DNA of 64,000 nt from Phycisphaerae bacterium (lineage in GTDB: Bacteria; Planctomycetota; Phycisphaerae; SM23-33), in NCBI GenBank assembly GCA_030745875.1, contig JASLNT010000083.1:3501-67500 (forward strand), written 5' to 3'. A program made the position numbers and the translations under genes. Shown in pieces: positions 1 through 9,881 of this stretch. The notes below the pieces were generated by a model, which saw nothing but the letters and a program-made list of their open reading frames with translations, ran no database searches and was not told where the DNA came from. Numbering within the stretch: position 1 is the first letter of the stretch; every line of letters begins with the position of its first letter.

Positions 1-2
1 CC

Positions 3-3000
3 GACCACGATCTGCTCGTCGTCAACGGAGCGTTGAATCTCGACTCCACGTGGAACGTCGCTATCAGCGAGGCCGCCGGCGCACTGGGCGGTATCGTTCC
101 CGCCGACCAGATCGACATCATCACCTTCACCAGTGTTGTCGACGGGCTGCAGACTTACGCCATCGACACCTCGGCGATAGACAGCAACCTGCTGTGGGAC
201 GCCTCCGGCGCCACGCTGGGAATCGACGCCGACAGCGTCTTCATCACCGGACTTACGGTGGACATTGTCAACCCCGTCGACACCTACACCTGGGATAACG
301 ACGTTACCCCGGATGCATGGAACGTCGGAACCGAGTGGTCCAAGGGCGGATTCCCCGATTCCGGACCTCCTACGATTACCGACAAGGCTATCGTGGCCGC
401 TGGAATCGCACAGGTGAACAGCAACCAGGCCATTCACACCCTCGAAGTCACCGGTACGGGCGCCGTGGACGTTCAGTCCAACACCCTGTCGGTGACCAAC
501 GACATCGACCTCAACGCCGGCTCGCTGACGATCGGCGCCGCGGGCATTGTTGACCAGGTCAACATCCTGAACGCCACCGGCGGTACGCTGAACGTTACAG
601 GTCAGGTCACCGCCAAGCAGGTTACGCTGGCCACCACCACGAACCTGAACAGCGGCGCGATCCTGAACGCACAAACGGTCGCCATCACCGCCGGAACCAC
701 CACGGTGGACAACGGTGTGACGGTCAACGGCGACTTCACGGTTGACGGCGGAACGCTGGCGATCACGGGCAACGTGGCCCTCGACAGCATCGTCTACAAC
801 TCCGGTTCGTTCAACTTCGGCGGAGTGGGCAACACTCTGACGGTTGGAACTTACAGGCAGAACGGCGGATCCTCCGCTCTTGCCGCCAACGACTTCCTCG
901 TCGCCGGCGACTACGAGCTGAACGGCGGAAGCGTCGGTTTTGCGATGACCGGAGCAGGCAGCAATGTCACCACTCTGGCAAGCACGACTCTCGCCGGCGG
1001 ATTCACCCACACCTACACCGGTGTGACCGAGAATAAGGGCGGCACGTTTGTCGTGGATTCAGCTATCACCGCGACCGAAGCGCTGGACCTCAGCGCCGGT
1101 ACGACGAATCTGAACGCTGCGGTCACCACGACGGCGGTCGGCGAGCGCACCATCATCACCGCCATCGACGCCATCAGGCACCTGGGTTACCACACAGGCC
1201 CCAACGGCGTGATGGACCTTAACAACAACAACTCAGGCGGCATGATGGGCGGCGGAGACCCGACGGCGGGTCCCACCTTCTTCGGCGAATCGCTGCTGAC
1301 CAGCGGACCCGGAAACCGCGGACTCGACTTCGACAACGACGGCGACTTCATCAACACCGGATCCATCGGACAGGGCGACCAGTACTCGAACATGTGGTTG
1401 GCTTATGTGAACGTCAGTGCGGCCAATGCGGGCAACTGGACCTTCCGCAACGCAGGCGACGACGATCGCGGCGGAATCTGGCTCGACCTGGACCAGGACG
1501 GCGTGTTTGAGTCCAGCGCAGCGGGACTCGGATCGAACCGCGGCGAGCAGCTTTCATGGGAAGACGGCGGCGGAAAGACCGTCAGCCTTGCTGAAGGCAA
1601 GTATCTGGTCGCCTTTACGCATGCAGAAGGCACCGGCGGATCGAGAGCGGACTTCCGCTTCAACAACCCGACCCTGGGCGGCGAGCAGATCGTTAAGCCC
1701 GCCAATCCCGCACAGGCCGGAATCTGGTCCGTTGGCGGTACTGGAGTATCAACGAACATCGGCGCCACGGCTACGCTGAACATCAACGCAACCGGCGCCC
1801 TGACCACCGACGGCATCAAGATCGACGGTACGTTGAACCTCAACGCCGGCGGAACAGTGAGCACCGGAGCGGTTGCAGTTAACGGTGCGGCGAACATTAA
1901 CGGAGACGGATTGGGCGCCACCAGCGTCGTTGTCAACAGCGGAGCTGTGGCGACACTCGCCCACGGCGATGCTGTCAGCAATGCGGGCCTGATCCGTGAA
2001 GTTCCGCTTACCGCCGAAAACGGCGGCATTATTAAGATCACCAACGCAGGCGGACTGAACCAGTCGTCGCAGATGTTGATCAAGACTTACGGCGGTCTGT
2101 CCGGAGACATCAGCAATCTGACGTTCTCCGACAGTCAGGGCTCGGGTCTTGTCACCTTCCAGAACGACGCCCTGCTGATGCCGACCGCCGGCGCCGTGCC
2201 GACCCCCGCGCAGCTCGGTGCTGTCAAACTGCTCTACGGTGTCCAGACTTCGGGCACGAACGTTGCAGCAGGCGAAACCGTTGAAGCTATCGGCGGGACC
2301 ACCGTGTTCCGCGGAGCCTACTTCGGCGCCGGAATCTACGGCGGCGGAGACTATACCGGTACGCTGACCGGACAGGTTGGTTCGGCTGAGAACATGGCCG
2401 TTGTCATCAACGGACAGGAGATTAAGTTCAACACCGGTGCGACGTTCGCCTCAGACACGGGCACCACCGATGTTACGGTGATGCAAGGCGGTCGTATGAC
2501 CGTCAACGGCAACGCCGGCGGCCTGGGCGATATCAATGCCACAGGCTTCTACGATCCGTTCGACGGATCGGGAATGAACACCACCGGGCAGTCGATCTTC
2601 CGCGTGCAGGGCAACGACAAGTTGCAGAACGGACAGGACATCCGCATCGAAAAGGGCCTGTTCAACACGTACGGAACCGAATGGCCCGTAACCGGCGGAG
2701 CAACGGTCACAGTGACCTTCGGACCGCTGGGCGGAATGGCCCCCTTGGACTGGGGCAACAACCAGTGGGCTTGCGATCACATCAGACGCGGCAGCTACAT
2801 CTTTGAGGCCGGCAGTTACATGATGCTGAACAACGCCAACAGGTTGTCGCAGAGCGAATCCCGATGGGGCATCGATCCCGGCGCCTACGTCGCAATCCGC
2901 GACAACGTAGCGCTTCAGAATATCGATCCCAGAGGTCTTGACGGAGTCCGTCGCGAACTGGACAACGTCAACTGGATCATCGGCGGAGCCGACCAGCTCA

Positions 3001-6000
3001 GCCAGGTCCATATGGGCGAAGGCAGGAGAATCGCGAAGTTCTACAACCAGAACGACCGTCTCCACGACAACGTGGACATTCTCCCCAGTGTTTCGGCGCC
3101 TCCGACGTTCGTGATCTTCTCCAGCACCGGCGGCGGATTCAACAGCAACGGTGTCGGCGGCGATCTGAACCTCGACGCTGAGATCAAGCTGCCCGGCGTT
3201 GATATCTTCATCAATGACGGACTGCAGTCTTCAGATCACTGGATCACCATGCCGATGAACGAAAACGACATGACCCTCAGGACTCTGAAGACCGACGGAC
3301 GGGTCAATATCGACGGCGTGACCGTTCAGGCTGACGATATCACCGTCCGCGAGGGTTACCTCCGGTTCGGCAGCAACGAGCGGAATATGGCCCCGACCCT
3401 TACCGGTAAGATTGACGTTTGGGACAACTCCGAACTCGAAATCTACGCCGGACGCGACGAAGGCGCCGGTTCGACCGCCGCCACCAACGCAGCGCTGATG
3501 CGTTACAAGGTTGAGAACGACACGCTGACTCCCGGCGGAGTCAACCTCAGCCAGGGCGCCATGCTGTTGCTGTTCTACCGCGGACTTGAGTCTGCTTCTC
3601 CGATCGGTGGAAATCAGAATGAAGTTCAGCAGGGACACACCACCGCTACGCCGCATGTCGTGAACCAGACGATCAACGTGCTGGGAACCGGCGATGTGGT
3701 CGGCCAGGGCAGGACCTGGAGCGGTTTCGCGATGACCCTCCTGCGCTTCGACGAAGAAGCCGGCGACGGGAATAACGACAACCACGTAATCTTCCCGAAC
3801 ATCATTCTGAACGAAGGCGCCCACGTTGGCGTCCAGCGGAGCAACGTGGACCGCGAAGAACTCCGCCTCGGCGTGACCCTTAAGGGCAACGCCCTGATGG
3901 AGCGCGAGAACGACGAATGGAGCTTCGAGGACGTAAGCGTTGAGGTCCCCGGTGTTGACGAGTACACCCTCAAGCTCAACCGCGACGGAAACGGCGGCCA
4001 GATTGACGTGTACGGTACGATCGGACAGGGCGTGACGATTATGCCTGAAGATACGACCCTGGACTTCAACTGGGGAGCGGACATGGAAGACGGCGCCTTC
4101 GCCGCCAACCTTGGCAAGCTCACCCCCGGAGCTCCCGGATCGGGCGGTTTCCTGAGAGCCTTCACCGGTTCGGACGGTAACAACCCGATGACCGGCGGAA
4201 CGTGGCTGATCGGCGGAAACGAAGATGCTGAAGTACGCGTCAACGACGCACTGCTTCCCGACCCGCAGATCGTCAACAACTTCGGAACCACGATCAAGGT
4301 TCTGTCCGACGGAACGGGCACGCGCGACGGACTTATCCGCACGCAGCGAGGCCTTAACCTTGACGACGCAAATGACGTGCCCGGCATGGTCGTGTACGCC
4401 AACATCGTACTCGACGCCGACGCGACAGCCCAGGTTGATCGCTCCAACGGCACGGAGTACAACATGTTGAGAGTTGACACCGGCACAGGCGGCGGCGCCC
4501 TTAACGCCAACTGGGGCGGACACACCTTCAACATGGAAGAGATCACCGGCGCCGGTCGGTTGTACAACGGTAACTTCAGCGTTTCGTCGATCCTGGCTCC
4601 CGGAGCCAGCGCCGGCACGCTTACCGTCGCCAACCTGACCACGGAAACCGGTTTGGTCTACGAGATGGAGTTCGGACTGGGCGCCGAGGACTCGATTGCA
4701 GTCGAAGGCAACCTTGTAATCAACGACGGATGGACGCTGAAGATTCTGTCTGACGGCGGATTCTCAGACCCCGCCGCCGAATACGACATCTACACCTGGA
4801 CCGGAGCCGGTACGGTGACGCTGGACGGCGGCGATCCGACGCTTCTGGACGCCACGACCTACACCATCGACACCAGTGCTGTCGGTTGGGGCGGAGTTGG
4901 CGTGTTGAACTACGATCTGGCCGGCAAGCGTATCTTCCTGACGGGCATCAGCGCAATCGATGCTCTTGAGTGGGACGCTGGCGTTGTCGGTACGTGGAGC
5001 ACGGGTGTGAATTGGAGCACGGACACCGTTCCGGCCGCCAATTCGATAGCCCAGATCGCCCAGGCTGGAACGGCGACAGTCGCCAGTTCCGGACAGATCG
5101 CATACGCACTGTCGATCTCGAGCGGTACGCTTGACGTCAACGCCGCAGGCGCCGACCTGTCAATCACCACCGACCTCGAACTCGACGGAACGTTCTTCGA
5201 CGTCGTAGTCGCAAATGTGACCGAAGGCACGCTGAATATCGGCGGAGACCTGAATGTTGCTCCGACCGACACCGGTACGGTTAACGTCGAAGCGGCCGGT
5301 CTTGCAAACGCCACCAACGCCAACGTTGGCGCCGGCGGTATCCTGAACGTGACCGGCGGAACGCTGGCTGCGAGCAACGATGTTGACAACGCCGGAAACG
5401 TGACGATCACCGGTACGGTCAATGTCGGCAACGACATGAACAATAGCGGAACGACGACTGTTGTCGGCGGCGACCTGAACGTGACCAACACGTTGACCAC
5501 GTCGGGCACCCTGACGGCGAATTCCGGTAATGTTAATGCGACGACGCTGAACAGCTCCGGTACGACGGACCTGTCCGGAGCCGGCGGAACGATCGGCACG
5601 GTAAACGTGACCGGTGGAACCACCACGCTGGCCTCACCGACGATCACTGATCTTAACGTGACCGACGGTACGCTGAACACCGCCAGCACCACCGTGACGA
5701 ACATGACGGTTAACGGTGCTACGGCTATCGTGAACACCACCGGCGCCGCGGCCGCCAGCGACCTGCAGATGGTCGACGGCACGGTGAACCTGACCGGCGG
5801 AAATCTGAGTGTTGCGACCACCAAGCTTACCGGTGGCGCCATCAACACCCAGACCAACAAGCTGGTCGTATCGAACACCGCGACGGTTAACGGCAACATC
5901 ACGATCGTCAAGACGTCCGGAGCGGACTTCGACCTGGTCGGCACGAACGTTTCGGTTCCCGCCGCAATGGGCGACCGTGCGGTCATGCTGAACGGCGGAA

Positions 6001-7562
6001 CGGTTACGATCACCCCGCCGGCAGTCGGTGAATTCACCGCAGCCGAAGTCAACAACGGCAACCCGATTCGTCATCCTGTCGCACCGGATGTCCTCTGGGC
6101 TGAGTCGGGCGGAACCCACAGCCTCCTCGGCAGCGGAGCCGATGTCTGGGGCAATAATGATAACTTCACCTTTGTCTACCAGGAGTTTGATGCTGGCGAC
6201 GATATCGATATCTCCGCCCACCTTAATGACGGAGTATCCTTTACCTCCAATCCTGCCGGCAACGCAGGCGTGCACGCCTGGGCCAAGGCCGGTCTGATGA
6301 TTCGCCAGTCCCTTACGTTTAACTCGCGCAACGTAGCCGAGATTATCGCCGCCAACGACGGAAACGGTATCAACGCCCAGGCTCGCAGGACCGACGGAGC
6401 CGGCACGGCCGGTTCGAACGCTACGGGCCCGAGAATTAACCACGGCGACGATGTGTACTTGAGACTTACCTACACCGCTGCGACGAAGACGTTCCAGACG
6501 TACTACAGCGACGATCCCAGCGGTGCGGGCTGGACCCTTCACAGTAATCCGTTGCTGATGGACGGCGGTCAGGACATGACCGGAACCATCTACGTCGGAA
6601 TGGCTGTGACTGCACATGACGTCAACAGGCTGACCGGAGCTACGTTCAGCGAGCTGGAAGGCTTCAAGACCGCAGCGGCCGGGCTGAGCATGCCCTTCAC
6701 CGAGATAAACGCCGTCGAAACATCGACAGCCGCTATCCCGCTGGAGCTGGTTGGACCGGTGGAGCTTGGCGGTGTGACTACAGCAGCCGGCAAGACGCTG
6801 ACGATTGATTCACCCGCGGCGGACATCCAGTTGACGAACCTGACCCTCGGCGGCGGATCGCTGACCCATTCGACGCAGGCAACTGGCGTCGGATCGACGG
6901 CCGTGACGATTGAAGTTAGCGGCACAGCAACCGCAGGCGACGGAATCGCGACGCTGGGCGACTACGTCAATGACTTTGAGAACACCAACCTGACGCTGGC
7001 CGACGGTGCGACGTTTGACTGGACCTTCGGCGCCGGCGCCGACAACTACCTTGACGTAGGCGGCGACGTGGTGATCTCTGACAACGTCACGATCCAGCTG
7101 CAGGACGGCGGCGGTTCGGCAAGCGGTGTGGATGTCCAGCTGATGCAGGCGTTCGGATACACCCTGAGTGCTGTGAATGTCACCGTTGTGGCGCCCGCGG
7201 CGTCGAGCTGGACCTTCGGAGCCCTCGAAGTTGACGGCGACTTCCTGGTGCTGCGTAACCTGTCAACGGGCGTGGTTGTTGCAGTGCCCGGCGACACCGA
7301 CGGCGACGACGATGTCGACGACGAGGATCTGGCGAACTTCCAGGCCCAGTTCGGTCTGAAGGGCGCCGGAAACACCGCTGACTTCGACGACGACGGCGAT
7401 GTTGACCTTGACGACTTCGCGACGATCCGAGCCAACTTCGGCACGGGCGTGACTCCGGCTCCCGTGGCGCCTGACTTCTCGGCGACACCCGAACCGGCGA
7501 CGATGAGCCTGCTGGCCATCGGCGGTCTCCTGGTCATCCGCAGACGTCGCAGGAAGGCGTAA
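3..7562 (+). CDS. Giant PEP-CTERM surface protein (5'-truncated): beta-strand/autotransporter-passenger-like repeats, PA14-like and lectin-like domains, dockerin-like Ca-binding pair
   Basis: Frame is open from position 3, so the true start lies upstream of the window. Over 2500 aa, G/T/N/D-rich. C-terminus TPEPATMSLLAIGGLLVIRRRRRKA is a PEP-CTERM signal, preceded by GDTDGDDDVDDEDL...ADFDDDGDVDLDDF. Confidence 0.9.
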   Translation, partial: DHDLLVVNGALNLDSTWNVAISEAAGALGGIVPADQIDIITFTSVVDGLQTYAIDTSAIDSNLLWDASGATLGIDADSVFITGLTVDIVNPVDTYTWDNDVTPDAWNVGTEWSKGGFPDSGPPTITDKAIVAAGIAQVNSNQAIHTLEVTGTGAVDVQSNTLSVTNDIDLNAGSLTIGAAGIVDQVNILNATGGTLNVTGQVTAKQVTLATTTNLNSGAILNAQTVAITAGTTTVDNGVTVNGDFTVDGGTLAITGNVALDSIVYNSGSFNFGGVGNTLTVGTYRQNGGSSALAANDFLVAGDYELNGGSVGFAMTGAGSNVTTLASTTLAGGFTHTYTGVTENKGGTFVVDSAITATEALDLSAGTTNLNAAVTTTAVGERTIITAIDAIRHLGYHTGPNGVMDLNNNNSGGMMGGGDPTAGPTFFGESLLTSGPGNRGLDFDNDGDFINTGSIGQGDQYSNMWLAYVNVSAANAGNWTFRNAGDDDRGGIWLDLDQDGVFESSAAGLGSNRGEQLSWEDGGGKTVSLAEGKYLVAFTHAEGTGGSRADFRFNNPTLGGEQIVKPANPAQAGIWSVGGTGVSTNIGATATLNINATGALTTDGIKIDGTLNLNAGGTVSTGAVAVNGAANINGDGLGATSVVVNSGAVATLAHGDAVSNAGLIREVPLTAENGGIIKITNAGGLNQSSQMLIKTYGGLSGDISNLTFSDSQGSGLVTFQNDALLMPTAGAVPTPAQLGAVKLLYGVQTSGTNVAAGETVEAIGGTTVFRGAYFGAGIYGGGDYTGTLTGQVGSAENMAVVINGQEIKFNTGATFASDTGTTDVTVMQGGRMTVNGNAGGLGDINATGFYDPFDGSGMNTTGQSIFRVQGNDKLQNGQDIRIEKGLFNTYGTEWPVTGGATVTVTFGPLGGMAPLDWGNNQWACDHIRRGSYIFEAGSYMMLNNANRLSQSESRWGIDPGAYVAIRDNVALQNIDPRGLDGVRRELDNVNWIIGGADQLSQVHMGEGRRIAKFYNQNDRLHDNVDILPSVSAPPTFVIFSSTGGGFNSNGVGGDLNLDAEIKLPGVDIFINDGLQSSDHWITMPMNENDMTLRTLKTDGRVNIDGVTVQADDITVREGYLRFGSNERNMAPTLTGKIDVWDNSELEIYAGRDEGAGSTAATNAALMRYKVENDTLTPGGVNLSQGAMLLLFYRGLESASPIGGNQNEVQQGHTTATPHVVNQTINVLGTGDVVGQGRTWSGFAMTLLRFDEEAGDGNNDNHVIFPNIILNEGAHVGVQRSNVDREELRLGVTLKGNALMERENDEWSFEDVSVEVPGVDEYTLKLNRDGNGGQIDVYGTIGQGVTIMPEDTTLDFNWGADMEDGAFAANLGKLTPGAPGSGGFLRAFTGSDGNNPMTGGTWLIGGNEDAEVRVNDALLPDPQIVNNFGTTIKVLSDGTGTRDGLIRTQRGLNLDDANDVPGMVVYANIVLDADATAQVDRSNGTEYNMLRVDTGTGGGALNANWGGHTFNMEEITGAGRLYNGNFSVSSILAPGASAGTLTVANLTTETGLVYEMEFGLGAEDSIAVEGNLVINDGWTLKILSDGGFSDPAAEYDIYTWTGAGTVTLDGGDPTLLDATTYTIDTSAVGWGGVGVLNYDLAGKRIFLTGISAIDALEWDAGVVGTWSTGVNWSTDTVPAANSIAQIAQAGTATVASSGQIAYALSISSGTLDVNAAGADLSITTDLELDGTFFDVVVANVTEGTLNIGGDLNVAPTDTGTVNVEAAGLANATNANVGAGGILNVTGGTLAASNDVDNAGNVTITGTVNVGNDMNNSGTTTVVGGDLNVTNTLTTSGTLTANSGNVNATTLNSSGTTDLSGAGGTIGTVNVTGGTTTLASPTITDLNVTDGTLNTASTTVTNMTVNGATAIVNTTGAAAASDLQMVDGTVNLTGGNLSVATTKLTGGAINTQTNKLVVSNTATVNGNITIVKTSGADFDLVGTNVSVPAAMGDRAVMLNGGTVTITPPAVGEFTAAEVNNGNPIRHPVAPDVLWAESGGTHSLLGSGADVWGNNDNFTFVYQEFDAGDDIDISAHLNDGVSFTSNPAGNAGVHAWAKAGLMIRQSLTFNSRNVAEIIAANDGNGINAQARRTDGAGTAGSNATGPRINHGDDVYLRLTYTAATKTFQTYYSDDPSGAGWTLHSNPLLMDGGQDMTGTIYVGMAVTAHDVNRLTGATFSELEGFKTAAAGLSMPFTEINAVETSTAAIPLELVGPVELGGVTTAAGKTLTIDSPAADIQLTNLTLGGGSLTHSTQATGVGSTAVTIEVSGTATAGDGIATLGDYVNDFENTNLTLADGATFDWTFGAGADNYLDVGGDVVISDNVTIQLQDGGGSASGVDVQLMQAFGYTLSAVNVTVVAPAASSWTFGALEVDGDFLVLRNLSTGVVVAVPGDTDGDDDVDDEDLANFQAQFGLKGAGNTADFDDDGDVDLDDFATIRANFGTGVTPAPVAPDFSATPEPATMSLLAIGGLLVIRRRRRKA

Positions 7563-7573
7563 ATAGTAACCAA

Positions 7574-7618
7574 GGCGAACCGGCCCGGGTCGCTTCGAAC
7601 GCGGCCCGGCCGGACGCC
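7574..7618 (+). other. GC-rich stem-loop just after the PEP-CTERM stop (3' stabiliser or processing hairpin)
   Basis: ccggcccgggtcgc / gcggcccggccgg inverted repeat flanked by ggcg/cgcc; no U-tract follows. Confidence 0.45.
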
Positions 7619-7645
7619 ACATTCAACTTTTACAACAAGAATAGT

Positions 7646-7802
7646 TGGTAGTCTGCAAATGTCTCTCCTCAAGGCTTGATGGTGCGGAGCTTGTTGCTCC
7701 GAACGGATTCACAAATGTGATTGTCAGCCGTTGGCCGCCAAGCCTAATATACCCGACTGTCGGGTTCGCAAGAGCCCGGCGGTAAGACCACGCAGATTAT
7801 CA
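7646..7802 (+). ncRNA. Candidate structured non-coding RNA, family unassigned (6S-like topology possible)
   Basis: Nested helices 7646-7656/7792-7802, 7672-7683/7734-7745, 7685-7690/7696-7701, 7702-7706/7728-7732 and 7756-7767/7772-7783 (GCAA tetraloop). Multiple G-U pairs favour the + strand. An intrinsic terminator follows immediately. Confidence 0.5.
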
Positions 7803-7806
7803 TTCT

Positions 7807-7841
7807 CGGGCGAGTCCGTTAGCGGACTCGCCCGCTTTTTT
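7807..7841 (+). terminator. Rho-independent terminator
   Basis: Perfect 12-bp stem cgggcgagtccg-ttag-cggactcgcccg followed by cTTTTTT. Confidence 0.85.
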
Positions 7842-7906
7842 ATGTACGGATTCGCAAACTCCCGAGCGCAATTGCAGGTCGTTTTCACATTCCCTGGAAA
7901 AAAGAC

Positions 7907-7934
7907 TTGCAGGACTCGGCGAGTCTGATAGAAT
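7907..7934 (+). promoter_or_regulatory. Putative sigma70 promoter of the rpsP operon
   Basis: TTGCAG-N16-TAGAAT with an extended -10 TG, about 70 nt upstream of rpsP. Confidence 0.5.
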
Positions 7935-8005
7935 ACTCGATTCCCAACATTAATCGGTTAGTCCATGCTACCTAAGCGGTAGCGAGATACTTTGGAGATT
8001 TATAC

Positions 8006-8257
8006 GTGGCGGTTCGATTGAGATTGAAAAGGATGGGCCGGCGGCATCGCAGCTTCTTTCGCTTAAACGCGATGGATTCCCGCGTGCCCCGTAACGGCAA
8101 GGCTATCGAGGAATTGGGTTGGTACGATCCCAACGCCAAATCCGCCGAGAAGCAGGTTTCGCTGAATCGCGAACGGATCGAGTACTGGTTGAGCGTAGGA
8201 GCCCAGCCCAGCGACACCGTTAGCGATCTGCTGAAGCGCAACGGTATCGGCCAATAA
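8006..8257 (+). CDS. rpsP: 30S ribosomal protein S16
   Basis: MAVRLRLKRMGRRHRSFFR...PRNGKAIEELGWYDP...GAQPSDTV signature. Confidence 0.97.
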   Translation: MAVRLRLKRMGRRHRSFFRLNAMDSRVPRNGKAIEELGWYDPNAKSAEKQVSLNRERIEYWLSVGAQPSDTVSDLLKRNGIGQ

Positions 8258-8298
8258 CGGTCGGTCCGCGCCGTTAGCGTAAAGGAGCCCGCACTGCG

Positions 8299-9018
8299 AT
8301 GTCATTGCGTATTGATATCCTTACGCTGTTTCCCGAGATGTTCGAGGCGTTTTGCTCCACGAGCATCGTCGGACGCGCCGGTCAGCGGGGTCTTGTGGAC
8401 ATTCGCGCGACGAATATTCGGGATTACGCCGCCGATTCCTACAGGACCGTTGACGATTCGCCGTACGGCGGGGGGCCCGGGATGGTGATGATCTGCCAAA
8501 CCGTATTCGACGCCGTCGCGGACGTCCGCAAACAGGCCGGTTCTGACGGAAAAGTGATAATGCTCACGCCTCAGGGCGAGCCCCTGACGCAGTCGACTGC
8601 CCGAAAGCTGGCTGGCGAGGACCACCTGGTCCTTCTGGCGGGGCATTACGAGGGCTTTGACGAGCGGATCCGCACTGGTTTGGCGGATATGGAAATAAGC
8701 CTGGGCGACTTTGTGCTCTCAGGCGGCGAGGTGGCGGCGATGGCGGTTTGCGATAGCGTTATCCGCCTGTTGCCCGGAGCCTTGGGAAAAGACGAGTCGG
8801 TGGAAGAAGAGTCGTTCAGCGCGGGCCTGCTGGAGTATCCGCAATACACCAGACCGCAGGTCTTCGAAGGCATGGAAGTGCCCGAAGTGCTGCTGTCGGG
8901 GCATCACGCCAGGATTGTGCAGTGGCGCCTCGAACAGGCCGAACAACGCACCAGAGACCGCAGACCGGATCTCTGGAAAGCTTACCAGGAACAGTCGGAA
9001 ACCAGGAAAGAAGAATAA
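8299..9018 (+). CDS. trmD: tRNA (guanine37-N1)-methyltransferase
   Basis: [40 protein letters not shown] and [10 protein letters not shown] motifs. Confidence 0.97.
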   Translation: MSLRIDILTLFPEMFEAFCSTSIVGRAGQRGLVDIRATNIRDYAADSYRTVDDSPYGGGPGMVMICQTVFDAVADVRKQAGSDGKVIMLTPQGEPLTQSTARKLAGEDHLVLLAGHYEGFDERIRTGLADMEISLGDFVLSGGEVAAMAVCDSVIRLLPGALGKDESVEEESFSAGLLEYPQYTRPQVFEGMEVPEVLLSGHHARIVQWRLEQAEQRTRDRRPDLWKAYQEQSETRKEE

Positions 9019-9079
9019 CCGCAGAATTCAGGATCGAACACCGCCGCACGCGGTGGTATCCATTGACGGGAGTGTCATC

Positions 9080-9457
9080 GTGAGCCAGGAATTACTAAAA
9101 AAAGCCACCCAAACGAGCATGAAAACCGACCTGCCGAAGTTTGAAGTAGGCGACACCGTTGAAGTGTCGGTCAGGATCATTGAAGGCGATAAAGAACGCC
9201 TGCAGATGTTCGGCGGCGTGGTGATCCGTATAAGCGGTCACGGAATCAGCGAGACATTCACCGTCCGCAGGATAGTCAACAAGCAGGGCGTCGAACGTAC
9301 GTTCCCCCTCCACAGCCCCAAAGTCGCCGACGTGAAGGTCCTTCGAGGCGGTAGAACGCGCCGGGCCAAGCTGTATTTCCTTCGCGACCGTGTGGGCAAG
9401 GCCACCCGCCTCAAGCAGGTCGCACGCCAGAAGAAAGCGGCCAATCCTGAGGCGTAA
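9080..9457 (+). CDS. rplS: 50S ribosomal protein L19
   Basis: FEVGDTVEV...EGDKERLQMFGGVVI...GVERTFPLHSP...RRAKLYFLR. GTG start at 9080 with GGGAG upstream. Confidence 0.95.
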   Translation: MSQELLKKATQTSMKTDLPKFEVGDTVEVSVRIIEGDKERLQMFGGVVIRISGHGISETFTVRRIVNKQGVERTFPLHSPKVADVKVLRGGRTRRAKLYFLRDRVGKATRLKQVARQKKAANPEA

Positions 9458-9462
9458 GCTTT

Positions 9463-9879
9463 ATGTGGCCTTTTCGGCGGGCCAAGTCGCTTGGGCAGCG
9501 CGGTGAAAACCTCGCGGCGCGAACGCTCAAGCGAAAAGGCATGAAGATACTGGCCGCCAACTACCGCTGCCCGTCGGGCGAAATAGATATAATCGCCCTC
9601 GATCGGAGTACGCGTCGTGATTCCGGACGTGAGACCATTGTCTTCGTGGAAGTCAAGACTCGCTCGGACGACGCCTACAATGCCCCTGAATCGGCCGTAG
9701 ACGCCCGCAAGAGGCGTCGAATCCGCAAAGCCGCCCGTTACTACCTCTCACACTATCCGACCCGGCAGTACGCTGTTCGCTACGACATAGTCGCCATCGT
9801 GGCGCCGCGCGACGCCAAACCGCGGATTAAGCATATCGAGGCGGCGTTTTCATCCACTCCTGATCCGGACGGCCTTTGA
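9463..9879 (+). CDS. yraN: YraN family (UPF0102) putative endonuclease
   Basis: GQRGE, NYRCPSGEIDII, VFVEVKTR and RYDIVAI motifs; usual position downstream of rplS. Confidence 0.9.
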   Translation: MWPFRRAKSLGQRGENLAARTLKRKGMKILAANYRCPSGEIDIIALDRSTRRDSGRETIVFVEVKTRSDDAYNAPESAVDARKRRRIRKAARYYLSHYPTRQYAVRYDIVAIVAPRDAKPRIKHIEAAFSSTPDPDGL

Positions 9880-9881
9880 AT

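Noticed and set aside
7646-7802. SRP RNA, tRNA or known riboswitch identity for the structured element
   Set aside because: No SRP domain IV motif, cloverleaf or recognisable aptamer consensus was seen, so it is left unassigned.
8257-8299. No rimM between rpsP and trmD
   Set aside because: Rearrangement of this operon is common, and absence from one window says nothing about the genome.
8711-9079. Long N-terminal extension of rplS in the ORF track
   Set aside because: It overlaps trmD; L19 similarity and an RBS point to the GTG at 9080.
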